A stretch of 60,927 nt of DNA, the filler included. It is 5 parts of 5 records of this genome, joined end to end, with 100 filler letters (N's around TTAATTAATTAA, not from the genome) between each part and the next. Parts side by side here need not be neighbours in the genome. Positions count along the whole stretch, not along the records: positions 1 to 30,385 come from SRR20825006_2065; positions 30,486 to 37,650 come from SRR20825006_2070; 3 more parts are not named here. The stretch is one strand, 5' to 3'. The first letter of the stretch is position 1. Every line of letters begins with the position of its first letter. The translations under genes and the position numbers were made by a program. The notes beneath the pieces were generated by a model, which saw nothing but the letters and a program-made list of their open reading frames with translations, had not been told where the DNA came from and ran no database searches. Of the stretch, positions 21,171 through 30,486 are shown piece by piece.

Positions 21171-21916
21171 AGAAAAGAATCATTGCTTGTCTGGATATCA
21201 AAAACGGACGCACCGTAAAAGGCATTAATTTCGAAGGAATTCGCGATGCTGGCGACCCAATAGAACTCGCTCAACGATACGTGAATGAAGGCGCAGATGA
21301 ATTGGTTTTTCTCGATATTTCTGCCACAAACGAACAACGACAAACGCTTGTTCCGTTAATAGAATCGATTGCAAGAGAAATTAATATTCCATTTACTGTT
21401 GGCGGTGGAATCAACTCACTCGATGATGCGAAACGCGTAATCTCCGCTGGAGCAGATAAAATTAGCATCAATTCTGCGGCAGTAGCGCGACCTGAACTCA
21501 TTTCGGAAATTTCCAATCACTTCGGAAATCAGTGCGTCGTATTGGCAATTGACTGTAAAAAGGTAGGTGAAGATTGGATGGTTTTTACTCACGGTGGAAG
21601 CAAATCAACCTCACTTTTGGCGATTGAATGGGCAAAGAAAGCACAGCAACTAGGGGCAGGTGAAATTCTATTGACTTCGATGAACAATGATGGAACCAAG
21701 TCAGGATTTGCACTTGAAATCACGGATCAAATTGCGCGGTCGGTTACCATTCCCGTTATTGCATCAGGTGGTGCAGGTTCCAAAGAAGATTTCGAACGCT
21801 TATTCTCAACCACAAAGGCCAGCGCAGGACTTGCCGCAAGCATTTTTCACTTCGGAGAAATTCCCATTCCCGAACTCAAATCCTATTTAAAAACTCAAAA
21901 AATTTCCATTCGATGA
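21164..21916 (+). CDS. hisF: IGP synthase cyclase subunit
   Basis: Start moved to ATG 21164 ([11 protein letters not shown]); [29 protein letters not shown]. Confidence 0.96.
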   Translation: MLKKRIIACLDIKNGRTVKGINFEGIRDAGDPIELAQRYVNEGADELVFLDISATNEQRQTLVPLIESIAREINIPFTVGGGINSLDDAKRVISAGADKISINSAAVARPELISEISNHFGNQCVVLAIDCKKVGEDWMVFTHGGSKSTSLLAIEWAKKAQQLGAGEILLTSMNNDGTKSGFALEITDQIARSVTIPVIASGGAGSKEDFERLFSTTKASAGLAASIFHFGEIPIPELKSYLKTQKISIR

Positions 21917-22500
21917 AACTCAATTTCGACCCAACAACTGGGCTCATTCCAGTCATTATTCAAAACGACCTTACTTCGCAAGTGCTCATGCTAGGCTACA
22001 TGAACGAAGCTGCGTATTCCAAAACCGTGAGTGAGAAAAAAGTTACCTTTTTCAGTAGATCCAAACAGCGCTTGTGGACAAAAGGAGAAAGCTCTGGAAA
22101 TTTCCTTTATGTCGTTTCCATCAGACTAGATTGCGATCAAGACACCCTCTTAATTCGTGCAATTCCCGCTGGTCCGACTTGCCACAAAGGCTCAACGACA
22201 TGCTTCAACGAAGAAACTGCGAAAGGAACACTTTATGAATTGCAGCGAACGATTCAACAGCGGATCGATGACAATGATCCAAATTCGTACACCAATCAAC
22301 TTTTCAGGAGCGGAATTAATAAAGTAGCACAAAAAGTAGGTGAAGAAGCTGTGGAAGTGGTCATTGAGGCAAAGGACAACAATGATGAACTGTTTTTGAA
22401 TGAGTGTGCAGACTTGATGTATCACTTTCTGATTTTATTGAAAGCGAAGAACAAAAAATTGGAAGATGTGGAAGATGTTTTGAGAGGGAGGGTGAAATAA
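21913..22500 (+). CDS. hisIE: Bifunctional phosphoribosyl-AMP cyclohydrolase / phosphoribosyl-ATP pyrophosphatase
   Basis: LWTKGESSG, DCDQD, GPTCH, SYT..LF..G...KVGEEAVE. Confidence 0.96.
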   Translation: MKLNFDPTTGLIPVIIQNDLTSQVLMLGYMNEAAYSKTVSEKKVTFFSRSKQRLWTKGESSGNFLYVVSIRLDCDQDTLLIRAIPAGPTCHKGSTTCFNEETAKGTLYELQRTIQQRIDDNDPNSYTNQLFRSGINKVAQKVGEEAVEVVIEAKDNNDELFLNECADLMYHFLILLKAKNKKLEDVEDVLRGRVK

Positions 22501-22528
22501 AGGTTACTGCCAATTAGACTGGTGAAAT

Positions 22529-22555
22529 TAACTTTAAGAATAATTCTTAAAGTTA
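22529..22555. repeat. 27-bp perfect palindrome between hisIE and the DUF6119-like gene
   Basis: TAACTTTAAGAAT-A-ATTCTTAAAGTTA. Confidence 0.85.
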
Positions 22556-22604
22556 TTGAGGGTTAACGTTTTAATACTTATGTTTAGAGTTAGCCAAATA
22601 CACT

Positions 22605-24362
22605 ATGAATAAAATTCTCACGAAAATTTACCGATTAGAGTCTTTACATTTTGAGTCCCTTTTACCCAAAAAGTTTATTCTAGACTTCATTGAAAATCAT
22701 AATAGTTCGGGTGCCAATTATTACACACCCATAGAATGTAAACCCCTAAAAAATGGGTTCGAAATAATGCTCTTCGTGCATATTGCACGTGAATCAAAGC
22801 CAGATTGGCAAAGGTTACTATTGGAGTTAAGTGGGAACAATAGTAAAGTCCAAAATATAAAGAGTCAATATCCTTCATTTATTTTATTCTTTTATAAATC
22901 CAATGAGTCTTATGCTATCACTGGAGGAGCAGGTTACAGAGCAATTCAGAACATTCTAGACACCCAATTCGGCTTCAAAATAGTGGAAAGATTAATAGAT
23001 ACTTCCAGACACGATATTCGAAGTTTATCTAGACGTGTCTTCTTAGGAGTGGAGCTAGCTTCAAATAGTTTTTTCAAAGCTGATTACGTATTTGATAACG
23101 AAGATAATTTTGGTAAATACTACAGAGAACTAAATGTTTTCATTGATAGTAAAAAACTAAAAGAAATAGGAATTACAACAACCAAAAAACAGTTATTGGT
23201 AAGAGGGGAAATGGGATTCCGAATAGACACAAAAGTCTCTTTTGATGAATTATTATTACGTATTGAAAAGTTATCTGAAATTCTAATGAAAGACTCTAAT
23301 GGAGTGGAATTAAATCCTTTTAGGAAACTGACGCGCTCAGAATTAAATCGTTCATACAATGGAAGAACATTTGAATCAATATTGAATCAATATTTGATTA
23401 GTGAACATTTTAAATCATTTCAGAAATGCGAGATAAGCGAGATATATCATCCAAACTTAATTGAATACTTAAACTCCTCTATCATAAAAGCTAGATACAA
23501 GGATCATAGTGTCGAAATTCTAAATAACCAAAGACTAACACCACGAGGAATAATAGGTCAACTAAATATCACCGAAAACTGCGATAGCGTTGCTTTTCCA
23601 AAATTTAAAAAGTTAGTCCAAGAGATAGAATTATCGATTCGTGATGATGAAACTGGATTAAATCAATACCCTTCAACAATGTTCAATTGGTTTTATGGAG
23701 AAGTTGAGCATGACGGAAAGAAATATTTAAAGTTTGAAAATGAGTGGTTTAACTATTCAATTAAGTTCTCTGCTAACCTGAATGAAAGAATTCAGTCTCT
23801 TTCTAATAATATATCTATTGAAGAAATGAAACCTTGGACTGACGATCTAGATACTGAAGGGCAATACAATGATGAATATGCCAGAGACAAAAACTTCATT
23901 GTTGGCGACGGTAAATTTCACAAAAGGATTGAGGTTGCCGACTTAATTTCATGGTCTATAAAAGAAGAAGAATTAGTGATATACCACGTTAAAAAAGACT
24001 TAGGAAGAGACCTAAGAATTCTCCAAAGTCAAATAATTAATAGTGCAAGAATTATTTCCGAATTCCGCTCTGACCTACAAAATGAACATGTTAAACAATA
24101 CCACTATAAATTAGGTCAATCAGCAAAGAAATTAGGAGTCACTATTCCTCAATATGAAGAGTTTAAGGAAATTCTAAAACTAAAAAACGTAAGATTTGTC
24201 TTTGGAGTTGCCACTTCATCAAAAAGTAAAACAATGAGTGATGTTGTTGAAGAAATCAAAGCCTCTCAGTCTGCTGTTGCTAAAATTGCTATTCTACATT
24301 CATTTTATACCATTACGCAGATGGGATATAAATTCTCTCTAGCAAAAATCATTAAGGAATGA
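22605..24362 (+). CDS. DUF6119/TIGR04141-like sporadically distributed protein, putative PD-(D/E)xK-like nuclease
   Basis: YAITGG.G in the N-terminal half; C-terminal W...E..YN...D.....IEVADL...IYHVKK...LQSQ...SA pattern; AT-rich codon usage unlike the flanking his genes. Confidence 0.6.
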   Translation: MNKILTKIYRLESLHFESLLPKKFILDFIENHNSSGANYYTPIECKPLKNGFEIMLFVHIARESKPDWQRLLLELSGNNSKVQNIKSQYPSFILFFYKSNESYAITGGAGYRAIQNILDTQFGFKIVERLIDTSRHDIRSLSRRVFLGVELASNSFFKADYVFDNEDNFGKYYRELNVFIDSKKLKEIGITTTKKQLLVRGEMGFRIDTKVSFDELLLRIEKLSEILMKDSNGVELNPFRKLTRSELNRSYNGRTFESILNQYLISEHFKSFQKCEISEIYHPNLIEYLNSSIIKARYKDHSVEILNNQRLTPRGIIGQLNITENCDSVAFPKFKKLVQEIELSIRDDETGLNQYPSTMFNWFYGEVEHDGKKYLKFENEWFNYSIKFSANLNERIQSLSNNISIEEMKPWTDDLDTEGQYNDEYARDKNFIVGDGKFHKRIEVADLISWSIKEEELVIYHVKKDLGRDLRILQSQIINSARIISEFRSDLQNEHVKQYHYKLGQSAKKLGVTIPQYEEFKEILKLKNVRFVFGVATSSKSKTMSDVVEEIKASQSAVAKIAILHSFYTITQMGYKFSLAKIIKE

Positions 24363-24408
24363 AGCTCATCTTTTTCTGTATCTTAACCGTTTGACATATG
24401 AAAATCAC

Positions 24409-24945
24409 ATGAATTCACTTGGAAAAATAATCGCCCTAGTTCTCTTTCTCGGAGGTATTTCAACCTTTGTTGCTTGGCGTATGGGAGCGTTCGAATCTGC
24501 AGAACCACCAACAGATTCTGAAGAAAAGGAATCTATTGTCACCAATGATCAAGCGGAAGAAACATCTGCCGCTGACACGCCCATGCTTCCGGAGAAAGTG
24601 AATCCCGCGACTGACGTCCCTGAAACGGATTCAGAAAGAGAGTTTCGGATCATGTCCAGTTCAAAATCTATACAGATATCAGAACCTTTTCCTTCGAGAG
24701 GTGTCACGCATTCCGATGAAATAACCGCTGAATTTCTCAAAAAACGCACTCCAAAGATCACAACGATGCCTGGCTCAAAGTCCGGTCCTGTTTTCGAACT
24801 TGGAGATTTTTCTTCCGAAAAAAAATCCCTTCATCCTTATTTGGATTCTGTTACCAAAGCCGACTCACTGAAAAAAACACCCATGATGGGAGGTTCAAAA
24901 TCAATGATTCTCAGTACTCCGTTGGAAATAAAAAAAGAAAAATAG
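24409..24945 (+). CDS. Membrane-anchored low-complexity protein with three M-x-[SG]-S-K-S repeats
   Basis: ATG 24409 (MNSLGKIIALVLFLGG..., single TM), acidic/Pro-rich spacers, motifs MSSSKS, MPGSKS, MGGSKS. Confidence 0.7.
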   Translation: MNSLGKIIALVLFLGGISTFVAWRMGAFESAEPPTDSEEKESIVTNDQAEETSAADTPMLPEKVNPATDVPETDSEREFRIMSSSKSIQISEPFPSRGVTHSDEITAEFLKKRTPKITTMPGSKSGPVFELGDFSSEKKSLHPYLDSVTKADSLKKTPMMGGSKSMILSTPLEIKKEK

Positions 24946-24956
24946 CTCGCCTTCGA

Positions 24957-25769
24957 ATGAACTTTTTACTTGCTATAGGAATTTCCGCACTCAGTCTCGT
25001 ATTTCTCGCGTTGCTTTTCATTCCCATGGAACGCTATTTTCCCGCCAAAAAAGGGCAAAAAACTTTTCGCAAGCATTGGTTCCTCGACCTTTGTTTTTTC
25101 TTGGGACAATATTTACTTTGGGGCGGACTGGTCGTTTGGGTGCTCAGTTATTTTTCGGTTTGGTTGAGTGGAATTATCCCCAGTGATTTTCGAACATTGG
25201 TTTCTGAGCAACCGATTTGGCTCCAAGCAGTTGAAGTCATCGTTTTTAGTGATTTATTGATCTATTGGGGACATCGCTTGCAACACAACGTTGATTTTCT
25301 CTGGCGATTTCACAAAGTGCATCATAGTTCGGAGCATTTAGATTGGCTCGCCGCGCACCGTGAACATCCACTCGATTCTATTTACACAATTGGAATTATT
25401 AATCTTCCTGCATTCATTCTTGGATATGATTTAAGCGTACTTTCGGGAATTATTGCATTCCGGGGAATTTGGGCGATTTACATTCATTCAAATGTTCGTT
25501 TTCCGATTCCATGGTTGCGAACGATAATCGGTGCGCCAGAACTTCATCATTGGCACCACGACAAAGAACGAGATGCTGGAAACTATGCGAATATTTCTCC
25601 GCTGATGGATCTGCTTTTCGGGACCTACGTTTGTCCAGACCACGAGCCAGAATCATTTGGAATTCATGAATCATTTCCGAAAAACTATGTGGGACAACTT
25701 TTAGAACCCGTTGTTGGAAAAAAGGGATGGGAATTTATGGCAACTCGGAGAAAGAGAAGCGATAAGTAA
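24957..25769 (+). CDS. Sterol desaturase / fatty-acid hydroxylase superfamily membrane diiron enzyme
   Basis: His boxes YWGHRLQH, FHKVHH, IHSN and HHWHH; GNYA; multiple TMs. Confidence 0.9.
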   Translation: MNFLLAIGISALSLVFLALLFIPMERYFPAKKGQKTFRKHWFLDLCFFLGQYLLWGGLVVWVLSYFSVWLSGIIPSDFRTLVSEQPIWLQAVEVIVFSDLLIYWGHRLQHNVDFLWRFHKVHHSSEHLDWLAAHREHPLDSIYTIGIINLPAFILGYDLSVLSGIIAFRGIWAIYIHSNVRFPIPWLRTIIGAPELHHWHHDKERDAGNYANISPLMDLLFGTYVCPDHEPESFGIHESFPKNYVGQLLEPVVGKKGWEFMATRRKRSDK

Positions 25770-25803
25770 ATCGGGTTTGTTATTCCCTTTTGATTGATAA
25801 AAA

Positions 25804-26256
25804 CTAGTCGAGTGAAATTTTTCCTTTTTTGATCACATACATGATCAATTCGCTGCAATCCACTTGATCACCATTGTATTCTCCTGGAGTCCATACGCCA
25901 TTCTCCATTAAAAATGCAGCCATCGCTTTTGAGAGTTCAGAATCTTCATCTTTCAATCCAGAATGACTATCAATGGCTTCGCCTTCACAATTGATATACA
26001 CACCCATAACACCTTTCGCCTTGAATTTAGGATGCTCCTTGATCCAAGTGATTTTCTCATTCATGCGATCAATTATTTCCTGATCTGACAGATTACATTT
26101 AGGTGATGTTTGTCCTTCAAAACTATCAAACAACGCGTAAAGTGTTTCGCCACACATTTCTTCCAATGGCGCATCTAATTGAACCGTTGCAATAAACTGA
26201 GCGTTTGCGGATCCCACAAATACCATAGATGTTAAGAGAAAAAGAAGTTTTTTCAT
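25804..26256 (-). CDS. Exported hypothetical protein, possibly TonB C-terminal-like fold
   Basis: Signal peptide; 'VYINCEGE...WTPGEYNGDQV' resembles the TonB-C W.PG..NG..V motif. Confidence 0.55.
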   Translation of the reverse strand: MKKLLFLLTSMVFVGSANAQFIATVQLDAPLEEMCGETLYALFDSFEGQTSPKCNLSDQEIIDRMNEKITWIKEHPKFKAKGVMGVYINCEGEAIDSHSGLKDEDSELSKAMAAFLMENGVWTPGEYNGDQVDCSELIMYVIKKGKISLD

Positions 26257-26385
26257 CGTGAAAGTGTTAATGTTCGCTCGAAGATAAAGTTTTTACTTGA
26301 TAGAAGATCTTCAACATCTGAAAATTGAAATTCCTATTATTGGAGAGAATCTTTCTTTACCCTATTTTTACTCCAAAAAAGATCG

Positions 26386-27192
26386 ATGCCCTTCTTCCTA
26401 AAACTGAAACACTGGCAGTTGTTCCTTCTGCTGATTATTCTTCCTGTTGTGAGTGCCTTCATCTTTCAGCTAGCGGTGTTCTCCGAAGCGTTTGAAATAG
26501 CTGCTAAAAATGCTTCATCCCAGATGAATTCGTTTACGGGATTTCCGAAAGTGTTTAGATGGTTTCCAGTTCTGATTATCGTTAACATCGTTCCTATATT
26601 TGGCTGGCTTTGGTCGTTCGGAACTACCATGCACAAGTATATTCCGAATCCTCGAGCCATGAGTTTAGGTCGATTCAAAGCATTTGTGATTATTCCTTTT
26701 ACCTTTTTGGTTCTCCTCTCATTTTGGTTCGTGTACATGATTATCACTTTTGAAAACATGGAAGCACCTCCTGAACCATTCGGGATTCCAAAAGAAATTG
26801 CCCTAATCATGTTGAGTATGATTGTCATCTTTCCCTTACACCTCTTCTCCATGTTTTGCATTATCTATACTTTTCGTTTTTGCGCAAAAGCATTGGTCTC
26901 CGCAGAGCGAGGAAGAGAAACCCATTTTGGCGATTACATTGGTGAATTTTTCCTCGTTTGGTTCAATTTCGTGGGAATTTGGTTATTACAGCCCAGAATT
27001 CAGGCGGTAATTGGCAATAAACTCCCGACAGCAGTTCAATCTTTTGATGAGTTTCCTAGTCAACCTATGAATGCAAGGAGCTCTATTCCGAGACAATCGA
27101 AACAGGAAGAAATTAAAGACGAGAAGCCCCTGAATTTCAAACCAGACGGTGATCCCTTTGAGCATGATGGTGAATTCGATGGGATTCTTTAA
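26386..27192 (+). CDS. Hypothetical integral membrane protein
   Basis: About 5 hydrophobic segments, 'GIWLLQPRI' motif, acidic cytoplasmic tail. Confidence 0.7.
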   Translation: MPFFLKLKHWQLFLLLIILPVVSAFIFQLAVFSEAFEIAAKNASSQMNSFTGFPKVFRWFPVLIIVNIVPIFGWLWSFGTTMHKYIPNPRAMSLGRFKAFVIIPFTFLVLLSFWFVYMIITFENMEAPPEPFGIPKEIALIMLSMIVIFPLHLFSMFCIIYTFRFCAKALVSAERGRETHFGDYIGEFFLVWFNFVGIWLLQPRIQAVIGNKLPTAVQSFDEFPSQPMNARSSIPRQSKQEEIKDEKPLNFKPDGDPFEHDGEFDGIL

Positions 27193-27288
27193 ACCTGCGT
27201 CTACCTCAACCAATTTCGATTTCTCGATTGAACATTAAGGCACACTATTTGTCAAATGATCCCTATATTTAGCGCAAATACGTACAAC

Positions 27289-29280
27289 ATGATCAAACAG
27301 ATTTTTTTCTCCGCAATTATCGGATGTATTTCATTCACCAACTTCGCGCAAGGCGATTCTTTTATGCAGACAAACGAACTGCCAATAAGAATTGCTCCAC
27401 AACCGATCACTCCGCAGAAGTTGTTAGAACTAAAAAATGTATCGCCGATTGGAATTTCGGATGATTCAAAATATGTGATTTATTCCGTTTCTCAATACAA
27501 TTTCGCGACTGATAAAACCACCAGAAAAACGTATGCTCTTCCAATTACGGGCGGCAAAACAATCGAAGTTTCTAATGTAAACGACTACATCTACGATTCT
27601 AAAATCTCACCGAATGGAAAGTATAAACTGACCACGGAGCAAGTGAAACTGAAAGACGTTTTTGGAATGGATTTTTATCCTGAAATGAAAAATTCAAATG
27701 TTCAGATTTATGATCAATTGAATTACCGTCACTGGGATACTTGGGAAGACGGAGCTTACAGCCACGTGATTTTATCTTCCATTGATGGAACGGAAAAAAT
27801 CGACCTAATGAAAGGTGAAATGTACGATTGTCCGCAACAGCCTTTTGGTGGTGACGAGGATTATATTTGGTCGCCAGACGGAAGTTCAATTGTGTATGTT
27901 TCGAAGAAAAAGTACGGAACTGAATATGCGATCAGCACGAATACAGATTTATATCAATACAACGTTTCGACGGGTATAACAAAGAATTTAACGGAAGGAA
28001 ATTTAGGCTACGACACTCAACCTGCATTTTCTAAATCAGGAATGTTGGCATGGCTTCAAATGGGACGTGATGGTTATGAGTCTGATAAGAATGATCTTGT
28101 AGTGATGATCGATGGTGCACCAATCAACCTCACTCAAAAATGGGATGGAACAATCAACTCATTTTTCTGGAGCAACGATGGTCGCAAAATTTATTTCACA
28201 GCACCAATTGGCGGAACGGTTCAACTCTTTTCAATCGATATTCCTGGAGCTCCTAATCGCGGAAACGAAGAAGCGCGCTTTTCTATTGCCGCACCTAGGC
28301 AAATCACCAATGGTCAGTTTGATATTCGCGGAATTGTTGGACACACAAAGACTACTGTAATTGTTACTAAAGGCGACATGAATCATGCTTCTGAAATATA
28401 TCAAGCCGATATGGAATCAGGAAAACTTACCCAAATGACCTTCGAAAATGATGCTGCTTATGCTTCAATTCGAATGAGCAAGGTGGAAAAAAGAATGGTG
28501 AAAACTACTGATGGAAAAGAGATGGTTACATGGGTAATCTATCCTCCAGACTTTGATCCAACCAAAAAATATCCAACGCTTCTTTATTGTCAAGGTGGAC
28601 CGCAAGGAGCGCTGAGTCAGTTTTATTCTAGCAGATGGAATTTCCAATTGATGGCTGCGCATGGTTACATTGTTGTAGCACCGAACCGTCGCGGAATGCC
28701 AGGATATGGCGTTGAATGGAACGAACAAATTAGTAAAGATTACGGTGGACAAAACATGAAAGATTACCTTTCTGCAATTGACGACGTTTCCAAAGAAGCG
28801 TACGTTGACAAAAACCGAATTGGATGTATTGGAGCGAGTTATGGCGGTTATTCTGCATTTTATCTTGCATCAATTCATGATAAGCGATTCAAAACATTTG
28901 TTGCGCACGACGGGATTTTCAACTGGAAAAGCATGTATGGTACAACGGAGGAATTGTTCTTCGTGAACTGGGATTTGGGTGGACCTTATTGGGATAAAAA
29001 GAATCCTATTGCACAAAAAAGCTATACGGTATTTAATCCAGCTGAACACGTGGAGAAATGGAATACACCTATTTTGATTATTCAAGGAGGAAAAGATTTC
29101 CGTGTTCCAATTGGACAAGGACTAGAAGCGTTTCAAGCGGCACAATTGCAAGGAATTCGAAGTAAATTGTTGTACTTCCCTGAAGAAAATCACTGGGTTC
29201 TTGGAAAACAAAATAGCTTGATCTGGCATACGGAGTTTTATAAGTGGTTGGATGACACGATGCCTCCTGTGGATCGTTGA
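27289..29280 (+). CDS. S9 family peptidase (prolyl oligopeptidase / dipeptidyl-peptidase 5-like)
   Basis: Signal peptide from ATG 27289; beta-propeller repeats; GGPQ, GASYGG nucleophile, DFRVP, ENHWV. Confidence 0.92.
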   Translation: MIKQIFFSAIIGCISFTNFAQGDSFMQTNELPIRIAPQPITPQKLLELKNVSPIGISDDSKYVIYSVSQYNFATDKTTRKTYALPITGGKTIEVSNVNDYIYDSKISPNGKYKLTTEQVKLKDVFGMDFYPEMKNSNVQIYDQLNYRHWDTWEDGAYSHVILSSIDGTEKIDLMKGEMYDCPQQPFGGDEDYIWSPDGSSIVYVSKKKYGTEYAISTNTDLYQYNVSTGITKNLTEGNLGYDTQPAFSKSGMLAWLQMGRDGYESDKNDLVVMIDGAPINLTQKWDGTINSFFWSNDGRKIYFTAPIGGTVQLFSIDIPGAPNRGNEEARFSIAAPRQITNGQFDIRGIVGHTKTTVIVTKGDMNHASEIYQADMESGKLTQMTFENDAAYASIRMSKVEKRMVKTTDGKEMVTWVIYPPDFDPTKKYPTLLYCQGGPQGALSQFYSSRWNFQLMAAHGYIVVAPNRRGMPGYGVEWNEQISKDYGGQNMKDYLSAIDDVSKEAYVDKNRIGCIGASYGGYSAFYLASIHDKRFKTFVAHDGIFNWKSMYGTTEELFFVNWDLGGPYWDKKNPIAQKSYTVFNPAEHVEKWNTPILIIQGGKDFRVPIGQGLEAFQAAQLQGIRSKLLYFPEENHWVLGKQNSLIWHTEFYKWLDDTMPPVDR

Positions 29281-29305
29281 TTTCTTTTCAGTTTAGATTC
29301 TGCTT

Positions 29306-30355
29306 ATGCGACTAATTTGGATTACTTTCTTGGTACTCACGAATCTAGTTTTTGGTCAGCGTTGTGATACCATATTCAGTAATGACGACTATGTTCATCG
29401 CTATACTGAAATCGACTATTACAATTGTTACGCCTTGTTTGTTGATTCAGTGTATGAAATCCATGGGTACAAGGCGATTGATCCTGCTAAAGGAGAAAAG
29501 GTTTTCCCAAATTTACGTTGCTACACGCTTTTTCATTCTGAAACAGGCAATTTAATTCAAGAGAGATGGGAAGATGGAGATACTACAACTTTCAAGTCTT
29601 ATTATGTTACAGGCGAATTAAAATGTATCGGTCAATCAAGCGTATATACAGAACCCTATAATTTTTGGTGGACAAATAAGACCTATTACCAGAACGGCCA
29701 ACTTCAGCTCGATTATAAATCAGAAATGGGAAAATTTAATCCGCATACAAGATTTTATCCTGATGGTTCAGTCTTTTCAAAAGGTACGTATTACGATGCT
29801 GGGATGTGTCCATCTGGAGACTACATCCAGTACTTTCCTAATGGCCAAATTTCCGCGATTTGGAGCTATTCACAACCAAATACCCACGACAGTTTGTTTG
29901 GTAAATACCAAGAATGTCAGTTGCTAAATGTGAGTTTTTATGATCCGCTAGGAAATGAAGTCGACGAAAATAAAATGGTGTGGGACAATGTAACGGAAAG
30001 TACATTTCCTCCTCAAAAAGAGTCCAATATTTTGCCCCCAAATGACTCACTTTATATCTATTCACAATTTGTAGATCAACTCCCCTATTCAAACAATCTC
30101 ACAAGTTTAAAAACCGTGATTGGAAAGCACCTGAAATTGCGGAAGAAATGCGAGTGCTCCAAAGGAATCGCGTGGGTGACACTAATCGTGACAAAATCGG
30201 GTGAACTACTCTTGCAAGAAATAGACTTTCCGAATGAAGAAGTCAAGGTCCAACTAACAAAAGCAATTCAACGCGTAAAAAAATGGCCTCCAGCACTCAA
30301 GGAAAATGATCCTGTGGATACTTACATTCATACTTTTCTTGTAATCGATAGGTGA
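29306..30355 (+). CDS. Exported MORN-variant (YwqK-like) repeat protein with TonB-C-like C-terminus
   Basis: YYxxGxL repeats (YYVTGEL, YYQNGQL, FYPDGSV, YFPNGQI); C-terminal 'IVTKSGEL...KKWPPA...PV'. Confidence 0.6.
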   Translation: MRLIWITFLVLTNLVFGQRCDTIFSNDDYVHRYTEIDYYNCYALFVDSVYEIHGYKAIDPAKGEKVFPNLRCYTLFHSETGNLIQERWEDGDTTTFKSYYVTGELKCIGQSSVYTEPYNFWWTNKTYYQNGQLQLDYKSEMGKFNPHTRFYPDGSVFSKGTYYDAGMCPSGDYIQYFPNGQISAIWSYSQPNTHDSLFGKYQECQLLNVSFYDPLGNEVDENKMVWDNVTESTFPPQKESNILPPNDSLYIYSQFVDQLPYSNNLTSLKTVIGKHLKLRKKCECSKGIAWVTLIVTKSGELLLQEIDFPNEEVKVQLTKAIQRVKKWPPALKENDPVDTYIHTFLVIDR

Positions 30356-30357
30356 TT

Positions 30358-30385
30358 CACCCTCCTAGCCTCCCTCAAGGGAGGA
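30358..30385. repeat. REP-like GC-rich palindromic element at the contig end
   Basis: CACCCTCCTAG-CCTCCCT-CA-AGGGAGG-A immediately after a stop codon and at the assembly break. Confidence 0.5.
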
Positions 30386-30485
30386 NNNNNNNNNNNNNNN
30401 NNNNNNNNNNNNNNNNNNNNNNNNNNNNNTTAATTAATTAANNNNNNNNNNNNNNNNNNNNNNNNNNNNNNNNNNNNNNNNNNNN
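30386..30485. other. Artificial contig spacer
   Basis: 44 N + TTAATTAATTAA (stops in all frames) + 44 N; abrupt GC shift across it. Confidence 0.98.
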
Positions 30486-30486
30486 C

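Noticed and set aside
24652-24669. SSSK read as an SxxK beta-lactamase/PBP active site
   Set aside because: The protein is short and disordered, lacks SxN/KTG motifs, and the other two repeats lack the first Ser
29306-30355. YwqK-like antitoxin implying a toxin-antitoxin pair
   Set aside because: No adjacent toxin gene; MORN-variant repeats are common in exported Bacteroidota proteins
30430-30441. TTAATTAATTAA (also at 37695, 45971, 55483) as a biological repeat or CtrA site
   Set aside because: Identical, embedded in fixed N runs and gives stops in all six frames, so it is an assembly linker. ORFs ending 'XXXLIN' are artefacts.
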